Source: Octopus bimaculoides (taxonomy: Eukaryota). Taken from it: DNA of 64,000 nucleotides. The notes beneath the pieces were generated by a model. That model saw only the letters and a program-made list of their open reading frames with translations, was not told the origin of the DNA and did no database searches. Positions 1 through 13,439 of this stretch are shown piece by piece. The position numbers and the translations under genes were made by a program. Position 1 is the stretch's first letter. Each line of letters starts with the position of its first letter. The stretch covers positions 166,707,549 through 166,771,548 of the forward strand of contig NC_068981.1 of the NCBI RefSeq assembly GCF_001194135.2, read 5' to 3'.

Positions 1-861
1 TTGTAATGTGATCTAAAATAGTGTTTTTTACTTTTTTGTTTTACAATAATGATACCTACAAAATCATATGATATTTTAAATTAATTTTTCAGAGAAATAT
101 TTGAATTCTTATTGCATATATAAACAAAACTCTTTTGGTGTCAGTGTTATTGAAAAACTCTATTCTTGTATAATGTGCAGTTCCTATTACATAACAGTTT
201 ATCTTAATGAATATATCAAGGCAAAAATTAAATCATCATATATATTGAGAGAGATATATAACACAAGCGGGTGGCAGTATTTGTTCAAGCTTTTCCAAAA
301 GTAGTTAACAGTTTATAACTTCATATTATAAATGGTGCATTTATTTATACATAGAATTAAAGTTTGTAAACAGCAAGATGATGGTAGTGGTGGTGGCAGT
401 AGTAGTAGTATTAGTAGTAATAATAATGATAATGATAATAATAATGTTTACAATTTTTTTTCAAATTAGGATTTATTGCTTTAATATGAAAATTAATTGT
501 GGCACATACACTGCAAGTATTGTTTCGTGTAGAAAAAGAATAACATTTTATTAATAAATTTGCTTATATATTTGTTTTTGGCAGAAATGTAGTTTGAATT
601 GTTTTTCTTGGTGTCTTTTTTATACATATAAATCATCATTTGAGAGAAAGACAATTGGAATATATATTTATTGTTTTAATAGAAGGAAAAAATGTAATAA
701 TTGCTTTTGGTCTATATACTGCTTTGTTAAACCTGTTTACTAATTTTTTTCCATTTCTGTATCAAATTGTTGCTAGTCCTTGTATAAAAAGATTAACAAT
801 GTACACACATATACACTCATATCTCAGTCTTTCTCACTCCCTCTCTCTCTCTCTTTATGTG

Positions 862-865
<4 letters not shown>

Positions 866-929
<64 letters not shown>
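866..929. repeat. (TA)n microsatellite, preceded by (CT)n
   Basis: Direct reading; it explains the YIYIYI ORFs at 640-1085. Confidence 0.95.
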
Positions 930-934
<5 letters not shown>

Positions 935-2884
935 ACTAACCATCCAAAATATTATAAATCATTACTTAAGAACGTATTTGAGTGTAACAGATTTTCATAC
1001 ACATTCATGTACATATTTGTATTTTTGCAAAAGAGACAGGGAAAGAGAAAGCATGAGAGGTAGATGGAAGGACTATTTTACTTAAACGAGATTCACACTT
1101 ATAAAAGATCATTTATTTTATTGATACATTTTGTTATTAGACCATAATGAAGTAACTGATTTGTGATAAATCAAATAGAAATAATTGAATTTCAACCATT
1201 TTTTAACATCCAAAATACTTTTGCAAAATAAATAGATGATTTTATTTATTCTCAAATATGTGTAATAACTTTTTTTTAAAAACTTTCTATTTGTCTGCTT
1301 TTATTCAAAAATAATATTTGAATTTTTCTTTATTTATTTTTAAGAGTCCTAAATAGTTTATAATAATAATTGTGTTTCTTAAATATTAAACATCAAAATA
1401 CTATGTGCTCTGTTTCTGAATTTACAATTTTGCTAACTATTTCTTTGGGGTATTCTAGGTAAAATATTTACTTATTAATTAAGAGCAATAAAGGATAGGT
1501 GGGGGATTGTCTTTTTATGTAATAGATATTTTCACTCCTCTTATATATGAAATCAAGTGTCTCCCAAGCAATATTGTTTTGCTTTGAGATTTGTATCAGT
1601 GTCAGAATATAGAAATATAAAAGCTATTTGTGCTGTATAACAGGATCTGTTATAGTAATTTCCTGTACTCTTGGATAAAACCCAAGCAATATTGAAACAG
1701 ATGATAATCTTGGTTAACTGTAGCCAGTTAGATAACTTGAAACTTTGGAGGAATAAAGGTTGACCTCCTGGCAGCCAAGTCTATAACTACTTGAGTCTTG
1801 TTGCCAATTTTAATAATTTCACTTGGGAGCGGGGTACTTTTATTTCTCTATTATCATTTCTCCTAAGCCTATAAATCTTGAACTTATATCTTACTGGAGA
1901 ATGTTAACCTATCCAGAGGCACTATGATAAAAAAAAATACAAGCTATATTTAGAAAGAGATATATGCTTTAAAGGGATACACTTTGAAAATCTCAGACTT
2001 TAGTTAAAGCGTTACAGCATCTTTTAAACAAGACTAGCTCATAGAATTTTAATTAGGAAATAGTGATCTTAAGTAGTTGTGTACACAAAGTTCCCAATAA
2101 ACTAAACTCATAATTCTGTTTTTGATTCCTAGTTGTAGCTTCTTCACCTCACTTATGTTTCTAATGCAGTTTCAAAAGTTGTGAATTCTACAGCGAACTG
2201 TATTACTATTGTAAAAAATATATACATCCTTTTACCAAATCAATAGAAGTTAACAGCAATTATAATAACATAATATTAACATTTTGAAAGAATATTTGTA
2301 TGGAATATGTTTTATTCTATACGTTTTTATTTTCTCATTCAGTTCTTTACTGATCATTTTAACATGCTCTATTTAATATTACTTCTAAAATTAAAATTTA
2401 ATTTAAATTATCAATGTGTTTAAATAGAATTTGATTTTTAATATTTAAACTCTTCAGTTACTTTGTAAATTTTACTTTTCAACTTTCTTGGTAGTCATAT
2501 TTCATTTCAGCTTCTAACTTTTAAATAATATCTCTCTCTAGTTCAAAGAAACTGTGCTACAAATTGTTCCTTCTGAACTAATTCTATAATTATTTTTTTT
2601 TTTCAATTACCTTTCTAGAGTATAATTTATTGCAACAACTAAAACCAACTTCAGATCATTTATTTGTTTCTTTTTCTTTTGTTATATTGAATGATCTCTC
2701 TATTTTGTATAAGTGTGACAAATGTGACAAATCAATCATCTTGTTTGAATAGTAGTTGATATTGCACTAGATATTAAAATGGATATTATTGATGAATTAG
2801 GTAACCTTGTAGTTGAGTATATAACAAATAGTTTCTTGTCATTTATATTTTTAACATACGTCTCTTAAATTTCTTTTGTTGCAG

Positions 2885-2998
2885 TAAATGTGATACAGTG
2901 GTTACTTCTGAGAAGCAGGTGTACATGTCTCCTTATAGAATGCAAAATGCTGGCCCCAATACAGGTTTAAGACTTGGACCCATGGATAAAAACCTCTT
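2885..2998 (+). CDS. Internal exon of an unidentified gene (gene A): KCDTVVTSEKQVYMSPYRMQNAGPNTGLRLGPMDKNL
   Basis: Pyrimidine tract plus CAG acceptor (2883-2884), GTAAGT donor at 2999, only one open frame (phase 2 in, phase 2 out); family not recognised. Confidence 0.65.
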
Positions 2999-3149
2999 GT
3001 AAGTATTGTTTATCATTAAAAAAACTCATTGTTATAATGTTGATTGATTGTCAGTATGAATGAACATTCTTGCATGTTGTATAAATTAGAAAAATCTTTA
3101 AATGTTACTTGCTTTTTCTGTTTGTATTTTGTATTGTTTTTTTTATTAG

Positions 3150-3163
3150 ATACCATTCCTAAG
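3150..3163 (+). CDS. Candidate 14-nt microexon of gene A (ATACCATTCCTAAG)
   Basis: Long T-rich tract plus TAG acceptor, AAG|GTGAGA donor; reading frame relative to the neighbouring exons is unresolved. Confidence 0.45.
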
Positions 3164-4214
3164 GTGAGATATGTTACTCTTTTTTATTGTTAAATGCTCT
3201 AATTGAGAAACTCTATAAAATTGAACTGCATATGCTAGTAGCAGTTCATATAATTCAATTGTATCAGTATAATACTAGCACCCATGTCACCAACTCCTTG
3301 GTGAACCAAAGTCAAGACAGCTTCAGCTAAACTTCAGTTCATAACTTTGCATTACTGCCAAGTTATTCCCATATAAAACAACAATCTCTAATGATATATT
3401 GCTAGTTAGATAACAATTGTGACCTCTTCAAATACCACAAAGCTCTCACAAAATAATCTTATCCCTGCCCCTCATTTTCATGTGATGATGATACAACTAT
3501 GGTTGAAATAGTTCATGTATGGCTGCTAAATACATTCACTAAAATTCAAAGAAAACAGTGGTCCTATATGTTAAAGTGTTATACTTCAAGTTTTGCTTTT
3601 ACTGTGTCTGTTTTTGCTTGACACAGTAAATTAGGCTCAAACTCTTTTACAACAAGATTAAGACATTTTTTACAAGTATTGAACATACTATAATAGTTCA
3701 TGCACTTATTGTGTAGTGATTTCATGAAATAATCTAAAGCTATTAGGGTCGTATACATTCTCCAGGCTAGTTATGCATAACATCACTCAGCACATGAAAA
3801 CCATCCATTTTGTGTATACAAAAGTACTTCATCTTACTGCAAAGATAGATTATTGGGCTTGGAACAGTAGGATTTAAAAAGGCAGCTTGATAAAGTATAT
3901 GATCAGCAACTGGATAATCATGATTTCAAAATCTCTTTAGAATCATCTTCTGGTTTAGTGTATTCCTGTCTAAATCTTTATAGTGAAAATAAGTATGTTT
4001 ACAAGTTTTAAATGCATTAGTTGTAGAAAAGTTTCATCTACTCTATACACTTAATCTATTCAGGTAATTTTTAAAAATTTAAATCATTTTCTGTTGAAAA
4101 AAGTCAAAGTAATAATGGAGCTCTTCAAGTTAGGATAAATATTCATGTATTAGTTTAACATTCATTGTTCATATATAAGCTTGATATTGTTCATATATTA
4201 AATATATATACTAA

Positions 4215-4704
4215 ACTCGGCTTGTGAAGACCTGTTGGGGCAAGTGAAAGCGAAATCATGATGTCACCTGTACCAGTGGAACGCTAAGAGCACCGTCCAA
4301 GCGTGATCGTTGCCAGAGCAGCTGTCTGGCTTCCGTGCCAGTGGCACGTAAATAGCACCATTTGAGCGTGATCGTTACCAGCGTCACCTTCCTGGCACGT
4401 GAAAAGACATTCGAGCGAGGTCGTTGCCAGTGCCGCTGGACTGGCTCCTGTGCAGGTGGCATGTAAAATACACCATTTTGAGCCTGGCCGTTGCCAGTAC
4501 CGCCTGACTGGCCTTTGTGTCGGTGGCACGTAAAAGCACCCACTACACTCTCGGAGTGATTGGCGTTAGGAAGGGCATCCAGCTGTAGAAACTCTGCCAA
4601 ATCAGATTGGAGCCTGGTGTAGCCATCTGGTTCACCAGTCCTCAGTCAAATCGTCCAACCCATGCTAGCATGGAAAGCTGATGTTAAACGATGATGATGA
4701 TGAT
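4215..4704 (+). mobile_element. 3' UTR/tail of an RTE-clade LINE (or RTE-tailed SINE) ending in (GAT)n
   Basis: Same sequence as 27325-27759 and, reversed, 41440-41880, which is joined to an RTE ORF C-terminus; internal ~60-bp degenerate repeats. Confidence 0.8.
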
Positions 4705-6011
4705 TAACAGAGAACAGAGTTTTTTTTGGTTTTTTCTGTGAAGGTAGTTTGAACTTTAAATTGGTTCTTAGAAATGTGTTTTATCTCATTTTCTATAGTA
4801 GCTAAGATATCCATCTGCTCCATGGGAAAGAGTATAGTCTTTTAAAAGAAACCATTCTACAGTGATTCCAGTTTGAGACTGTCAACCACAAACATCTAAA
4901 ACAAATATTGCATCAAACTGTTACACTATCTCATTGATAGCAGTAGTCCAGCATGACCACAGTCCAGTGGCTAAAACCAGTGAAAGAAAGAAGTTACCTG
5001 TGTGGCTTCATTTTTATATTTGATTTTGTACTTCTTTTTATCAGTACCTGATGGACTAAATTCTGAATCACATAGCCATTGGCTCTGAGCTTGTTATATC
5101 AGAAATTATTTATGTCCCCATAATACCTCTGCACTGATTCAATTCTCTATAAAATTGGTATGAATGCTGGTAGTATTATCATATAAAACACTAAATTATT
5201 GTACAATTTGTACTTTCTAGTAATCCATTTTTTTAAATATATTCTTCACATGCTGCAAGCATGTCATCAGAAGTCTTACATGGCTAGACTGTTTCTCTCA
5301 TCATCATAGTTATTTATCACCAACATCATTGTCTTCATCTTCATTGTCTTTACCCTCATCATTGTCATTGCCATCATCACCGGATTCAACATCATCATTT
5401 TCATCTTTATCATTATCTTCATTATCATTATCTTCATTATCATTATACTCATTATCATTGTTGTTACCTTCATTATCATCATTGTCATCACATATCTAAA
5501 CATCTGTTTTAGATTTAAACACTTTGTTATTTCATCTGTGAGTCAAACTTTCTAAGTCCAATCTAAAAACTTCATTTTTAAATTCACATAAAGATAATAT
5601 TAACTGTGTTTAAAAGACATGGGCTTTGTGATTCGAATCTTGTCCAATTCTGAGATCATTAAATTATGTGACAGAACAACTACAAGAACAATATGGGGGA
5701 CAAATTCACTGAAGAATTGACATAACAGTTTAGTAAAATGACACCTCAAATCTGAATACTACCAAAGCAGATTTATAGCAACTTAATTTTGATGACAGGC
5801 TTAAAAGTTTAAAAGAAACACTAGAAATTGAAAATCAATTTATGATTAGGAAAAAAGTTTCCAATAAAATCAACATCATTACTATTGCTAGTTTTTAAAA
5901 TTTTCCTTTTGGCATATTCTTATCAATTTTTGGAAATAGCTAGTTGTTTAGTTTATTTTTAAACTTATTCCCTTTTCTATTAATTCATAATTATTTATTT
6001 AACTTTTTCAG

Positions 6012-6177
6012 ACCATCTTATGTTGGAGTAAAAGGACCAAACCCAGAGAATTTCAGGGGTCCAGATGCTAGTTTAGTAAAAGGTTCAGTGAAGGCTCGAG
6101 GAGCTGACCCACTCAACAGGTGTAGACCTCTCAATTCCGTACAAAATCAAGATCCTGTTCTTGTTACAAAACTTTAG
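6012..6177 (+). CDS. Terminal coding exon of gene A: PSYVGVKGPNPENFRGPDASLVKGSVKARGADPLNRCRPLNSVQNQDPVLVTKL*
   Basis: tttttcag acceptor at 6010-6011, phase 2 compatible with 2885-2998, GC-richer coding-like island in AT-rich DNA, TAG stop at 6175-6177. Confidence 0.7.
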
Positions 6178-9100
6178 TTTTTTTTGTTTTGTTTTTGTTG
6201 TTTTTTACATTTTATTAATTTATTATTTTATTTGTTAGTAATAGCAATAATGTTTAAAATGCTGCTTTTCATTAACAGCCCAATTAAGAGTTAAACCAAA
6301 ATATGTCTTATTTGATATGCATTTAAGAAAAAAATTATTTTTAAAATGTATAAGCATGCTTACAAATTAGTTTTGTTTTCAGATTTTCTTTTGTTTTATT
6401 TATGTATGATTTTTATCTTATTTCTTTTAGATTTTTCTACAAAATGCTCTTTTTTCAATTAATTTTAAAATGTTGCTAAATTATTATTGCATGAGAAGTT
6501 AGGAAAACCAATTTATATTTTTTGTTGGTTTCTTTTTACTGAATTTGATACTCCATTGCCAACATTCAATTATAATGATTGTTGAATCTGTCTCACTATA
6601 TAGGGATGAGTGAATCAAATAGCACATGTTAATCAAAGGGAATTGTTCCTATAAAACTCTGAATAAAAATCAAACAGCAAAAATTCCTTCTGAGAATGAA
6701 ATTTGAAAGAGACAGGAAAACTCAACTGAATCCGGAAATATTTAGACATTATCACCAAAATGATGTTATCATTTGTGTATATTGATAATGAAAAATTTCA
6801 CTCAATCTTTTGTCCAAAAACAACCTTCGAACGGCACACAGCCAAGTGGTCATCAGCTCAATATTATTTCATTTACAAAAAAAAAAAAAGCCTTTATTGA
6901 ACAGAAAAAATAGAGAAAGATGAAATAACAAAATATGTTAAATTGAAATCAAATAAAATTTTTATTTATTTTCTCCATCCACATTTAATTTTTGATTAAC
7001 AGATTCAAGAAATTATCCTTTTTCACGTATCTAATACACTTCCTCTATCCAACTTATTTTGAAAAAAATTTTTTAAACATTAATTAATCTATTACAGCTG
7101 GTTATCTAATATCATTTATCTAATTATATCATTAACCAGGATATAAAAATTTTATCAAAATTTTGAAGCAAACTAGGTTAAATTCTTTCTATATTGATTT
7201 CTTTTTAATGAAAAATAAACATAGCATGTTACTTATGAATTGAAATTAATAAAAATAACCTATGAAATTCTTTATATATATTATCAAATCTTTTGCTACT
7301 CAACCATAATTTGAGGAGTATTAATCAATTTTGGCTAACAAAACTGAAACAAGTACACTTCTCTTTTGCTGCTAATGCTCTTGAGAAAGGCTTGAGTGCC
7401 ACTCACTCTCTTTTTCTCCACTTTTAAATTTGTGGCATTGTGCCTAATGTAAGAGATGAACTTTTAAGAATCTTAAGAGGAGACAGAAACCTAAATTTTG
7501 TAACAGTGTGGCTTGGAAGAGCTAAGGGTTTATTGGCTTGAATACATATGTGAGGTTTCAACAGTTCTTCACTTAGTCTTTTGCGTACTTCTTTAAATTT
7601 ATCTATCAACACTAGGAATAGCTATTTAGCAAGAAATTTTTAATAACACAAAGATTTGATAAGGTAATATTGTTAATTCTTTGGAAGTTAATTGATTAAA
7701 TTGTTACAGATTTTAATTAACAGTTTGAAATTCTGTATTAAAATTTTTAAAAACACGTAAGTTCTTGCACAACCAAATTCAGTTCTGGCAATAAATATTT
7801 ACTTCCTATGAAGTTCTTGAAAGCACTTTTTTTTATTAAATTTCTTGATATGTTTTCTTATTTCTCTATATCCTTCTTATCTTTGAAAAATATTTACTAC
7901 AACAATTGCAAAATACTAATACTACTGTTTTACTTTCTTTTTTCATTTAAGTGGCAAATAAACCAACTTCTCTTTTATTGAAAAATGCTAGAATCAAAAC
8001 AGTGGAAAAGTACTTACATTGAAGAACTGAATATCAAATATAACTTAGCAAATATTCATTTATTGTACTAAATACTTAAATTGGTTGTTTCAATGAAACT
8101 TTTAATGCTTGAGGAATTTCTAGTCCTTTAAAGCAAATACAAAAAGTAACTGAATCACTTTCTTCTCATTTTATTCTCTTTTCTTTTAAATAATAAAATA
8201 AGTTTATGGCTCAAACTAATTGATTAGTTACATAAGTTACTGAATATTTAACTAATGAAATTTTTGCTCTTCAAATTTTTTCCTTTGCATTTCAAGTTAT
8301 ATGACCTTAAATGTATGTGTGTGTGAATATATACATATATACCCACACATATATGCACACTCATACATACATACATACACACACACAGACATATATATAT
8401 ATATATATATATATAAATATATATATTCCTATGTATCTTACATAGGTAATCCCTCCATAAAAGAAAGTTGAACATATTGTATATAGCTTGTTGAAAATGT
8501 TTTATGAAATGCTTTTTATTTATTTCTTTTTTTCTATCATTTTTAAAGTATTATTTAAATGTAATTATTATAAAGATATTTCACTTGAAATTTAAAAAAA
8601 AAAAAAATTTTAAAAAGTGACAAGTCTTTCCAGTGAAAAACAAAAATTATGAAAAACTACTCTATTTAATTCTTCATGATATTCAGTGCCTGTGAATTGG
8701 TTTAAAGAATTGGGTTCGCGCTTTATTGTCTTCTATGTCAGCTACTGATGCTTGGTCTGTAGCCAGAACTATTGAAATATCTATTGATTTCTTGTTGTTT
8801 TTAATGTACATATCAAAGTAAATTTGCCTGGGAGGAAGAGGAGACAGATATTAAGTGGATCTGAAGAGTTAAAAGGTTTATTGTGCTCTTCTTTAAACCG
8901 CTATCATTGCACAACAAAAAAAATGTTTAATTTTTATTGAAACTTTTTCATCTTCTGTTTTTATTTTTTTATCCCATTCATCACAAAATGTCTTTCTATT
9001 CATTTAATATATGAAGACATTTATATCTGCTCAATTCTTATACATCATAAAGAAAACTTTTTCTTTATTTAAGGGCCTGTTACTAAAACTTATAGATAAG

Positions 9101-11119
9101 TATGGTTTGTGAGAAAGTGTGAAGCAATACATATATGTGCATGTACATCCATGCATATAAATATATGCATTTGGGGAAGATGTTTGTATGACATATATAA
9201 ACCAGCTCCATACACAAGTGAATCATAGACATTTACTGTCCCACCACAATAATATTGGGCACAAATACTTTACTTGACATCAATTTCTATATTAACAGCT
9301 CATCACAACATATGTTGATAATACTCTTGTTTTCAGCTTTCAGACATGTTGCTGGTTCATTTTTCATTGATACTAATAATGTTGCTTCAATTAATATTAC
9401 AGTTATAATCCAATAACTACCTACATGTAGATGGATTTACCAATATACAAAATATCCAGTTCTTGTTATATAGAATATACAGAGTATCCACTGTTGGTAC
9501 CATGATTTCAAGGCCTTTTGTGCATATATGTATATACTCATCTTATTCTCAACTTGAAAATCTTCAAAAATACAATATTAAGCTGTTAGTAATTTGAAAC
9601 AAATATGTTTAGAAAGGAATTTTAAAAAAATAAGAAAACCAGAATGGTTTGCCTTTGAAATGTTGTTGTTGGTGGTATTGTAATGTCAATTTATCTCTAT
9701 GCATAAAAAAATATTTAAAGAGTTGAATTGTTTGAAAAAATAAATAACTAAAACTCATTATAATAAAAGTTAAATGAAAAAAAATGGAAGCTTCCTATAT
9801 CTTTTAAGTCATATAAATTGTTACAATTTCTATATTTTTCATTGAAATATAGAAAATCTTGGGTTTTTTTAAATTTTGAGTTTGTATGATAACAAGTTTG
9901 TTATTGGTTGTAGTTGTTATGATTGATATTTTAGTGTGTTCAGTTCAATAAATATATAGAACTGAAGATATGTATCAATAACTAACATTAAAATGTTTTG
10001 CTCTATGAGACACTCATTTTGTTCTCATATTTGCTAAAAACTTGCAAACTGCACCGTTTATGCGTTTTTCACATTTTTACTTGATTTGAAGACTATATGC
10101 ATGAAATTGCTCAGACAGTATGCAAAAGAAGAAAAGAAAATTTGTTGTTAATTCTTTTCCCTGCCAATTGCATATTTATAGAATAAATGCTTAACAAGTT
10201 TTAGATTGTTCAGTGTTTATAATTTTTGCTAGACATAGACTGTTTGTTGCTGTTTTTTTGTTTTTTTTTGTTACCAATGAAAATGGATTGACACTTTATT
10301 TTATTACTATCACTATGTTGTATTCCTGGTAAAAAGCTACAACTCCTGCTCAGTTTTCAATAATTTTGTCAACCTAGCTATAAATAACAACCAGTTGTTG
10401 TTAGAAGTAGCACCTAACCATAGAAACAATGCCAAAGCAGACACTGGAGCATAATGCAGTCCTTGGGGCCCATCAGACCCTGTCAAACAGTCCAACCCAT
10501 GCTAGAATTTAAACATGGGCATCAAATGATGATGAGACATGACTGGGTTGTTAAAAAGGTTTGCTTCACAATCTTACTATGCCGCACCTTGTGCAACAGT
10601 CTTCTACCATAGCCTCAGGCCAATCAATACCCTGTTATTGGAATTTGATCACAGAAAACTGCAAAAGTCCTTTGTGTGTGTGTGTGTATTTTTCGCAGAT
10701 GTTATATTGACGAAGAAATATAAATATAGTGAGCAAACTAAAAAGTAAAAAAAAAATTTTTTTTAATTAATAAAAATAATAAAAACGTTCTTTAAATCCT
10801 TTGCGATACTTATTCTGTCCTGATTCACAAATACTCCCTTGCCACATTTGTTGTCATAAATGTAGTAAACCAGTGATAGACCAGTCAGAAATCTGTAACC
10901 AACAGTGCTATTTACTGATTGTGATATGAAATATATAATAATACTGTTCCTCACTGTAAGTAGCACAGACTTACAGTGGCTTACTATGACTTGGTGAACC
11001 ACATCCCTTATTTTTTCTAACCCTACTTCATCAGAACTGCAACCTTCAGAAATTCTCTCTCATTTTTTCATTAACACCAACCTGTAAAACTTCATGCTGA
11101 ACAGCAAACTTAACAGTCT

Positions 11120-12360
11120 AGGAGATTTCATAAATGCTTTGACACAATGAGCAATGTTTCTCTTACTGAAAAATAATAATTTTCAACTAAAACGAAGTGC
11201 TCTATAAATTCATGTGGGTGTGGTCATTAATTCAGTGCTGAAACCTAATCTTCCCATCAACAATTTCAATGACATATTCAACTGATGGAAAGAATTTTTC
11301 AAGTCTCTACCATAACCACTGTTAACTTGAGTATGCTTCATAAATCACTGGATTGCATAATGTTATGATGAGACATACAGAAGATCAATTAGAATTTTTC
11401 TGCAAAAAGAAAGATTAAATGATGGCACTGTTTGATGGTGAAGTACACTGGATACTATTATTATCTGTACATTGTTGAGCCTATTCTATTCTTTGTTCAT
11501 AGCCAGAATAGCAATTTAAGTATCAGATGATTCATGTTAAAAAAAATAAACAGTGAGAAGACAGAGGGGTGATGCACCCTTGACCTTTTTCAAGCCCACT
11601 CAGACTGATGTAATTGATGTTTAGATTGAATTTCTAAAGTATGATGTCAGTAAGAAATACCTGATGTAAGAAGGATAGTCCAGTGAATTGGAGTTGAGAG
11701 AAAATGGAATGGTGAAAAGCATTCTATGTGCAGTTGAGAGGATGAAATGCTGTTGAGATAAAACCACAGGGAGAGGCAGGTGTGTTTGGTAAGGATTGTA
11801 TAAAGTATACTGGTGATCTAATGGTTGCAACATGCAAATATACCAATCAGCCAGTTGTCTTTTATTTTATTTGAGAGGTAGTGGATGGTATGGTCTAAAA
11901 TGTTTGACAGCTACATTGTTACAGATATATTTTATAAATGCTATGACACAATGAGCAATGTTTCTCTTACTGAAAAATAATAATTTTTGATTAAAATGAA
12001 GTGCTCTATAAGTCCATATGGGTATAGTCATTAATTCAGTGCTGAGACCTAATCTTCCCATCAACAATTTCAGTGACATATTCCTAATATAGGATGTACT
12101 TTCATTCTGTAGAGACAGTAACTGATCAAAACCAAAGTATTTTCTGGTATTGAAGAGAAATTTAGCTCTTAAAAAGTGGGTGTGCTAATGACTCAACAAA
12201 TGTAACTGAAGCATTACAAGAGCAACTGACAACCACTGATTCTACGATGGTATCTACACACCGGGAATATCCTTATTCAGTAACTTAGTAGAGTTTTTGA
12301 AGCCTCTGAATACTGCCCTGTTTTTCTCAAGACAGGAAGTAAGATACTAGGTACTGATAA
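11120..12360 (+). pseudogene. Highly decayed CR1/L2-like LINE reverse transcriptase remnant with an internal ~150-bp duplication
   Basis: Degenerate RT motifs by eye: INAFDTMS (~KAFDTV), NSVLRPNL (~QGSVLGP), CAND (~YADD), KILGT (~KxLGV); many stops. Confidence 0.4.
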
Positions 12361-12845
12361 AGAGAACATTCTATGTTTTGTCTTTCAAACCATCAGAGTG
12401 TGGAAACAACTGAAAACATTACCTGGATATAGTGATTTATATGATAATACATGAAAAAGGTTTCTTGTTTAACTTCTCCAAGTCCATGCACAGATTTAAG
12501 CTCACTACTGAAAGCTATTAAAACACTAGAACCATTTCCTTTAAGATAGAACAATGAATTACACCACATCATGATGAACCTTGACTTGCTAGAATTAGTA
12601 AACAAATATACTTAAGTGTGTTAAGTGATTTTTCCAGGTTGTATTATAGATAGTAGATCAGTAAGTAATCCATTATTCTTTTTGTTTCAGCTAGTCACAA
12701 CTCTCACTATTATCATACTCCAACATAAGATATAAAAGTTTTAATTGAAGGCTTAAAGCTGAAAACTCACTGTTTGAATTCAGAACTCAGTGAGATATAG
12801 AAGTGTAAGAAATTTCAAAGTGAATAGAAAATATCAACATAGAGT

Positions 12846-12885
<40 letters not shown>

Positions 12886-13439
12886 TCTGATTTATTAAAA
12901 CCCACCAAAACAAGAGCACTTAAATATTTATCTTAATTATGAGAAGCTACATATTAGATTGTATAGAAAGTTCCATCTTATTTTAAGTCTCAACCTGTTG
13001 AAACCTGCTTTGCATAAAAACTATAAATATTGATAGCATTCAATAGTGCATGATCATTTCATGATGATTCCCTGTAGAGCATCAACCATATTTTAGTATG
13101 TTGCTTTTCTATATGAAGAACCCGTTTTGAAACCAAACAAAGAATATATTCAATACATTGTTTTTACAAGTTTGATCACAGTTCTAATGTGAGTGAAGCA
13201 GCCAAAAATGTTCTTAAGATCAAGATGCAGGGAATGAAAGAATCTGCAGAAGGCAGATCAAGATGCAGTGAATGAAAGAATTTGCTGAAGGCAATTTGAA
13301 ATATTCAGATGTGGCAATTTCAATTTGCTTGATTAGGACATTCTTCTGTATTAAATAACAAAATACTATAGGCACCACTAGCCAGGAATCCTATTACAGT
13401 GAGATAGATTTTTATTGTATTCACTGTTAACATTATGAC

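Noticed and set aside
640-1085. ORFs rich in YIYIYI / CVCV / SLSL (also 8248-8475, 15303-15576, 43793-44103 and others)
   Set aside because: Translations of (TA)n, (CA)n and (CT)n microsatellites
5236-5275. Minus-strand CTGATGA followed by a perfect hairpin (possible hammerhead)
   Set aside because: Followed by T-GAAG rather than GAAA; no stem I or stem III partner found
5276-5503. Met-rich or Asp/Asn-rich open frames on the minus strand
   Set aside because: Degenerate (CAT)n microsatellite inside an intron; no splice context
12424-12588. Possible minus-strand exon (KSRFIMMWCNSLFYLKG...HYIQ) with AG/GT ends
   Set aside because: No compatible neighbouring exons found, and it adjoins the decayed LINE; could not be supported
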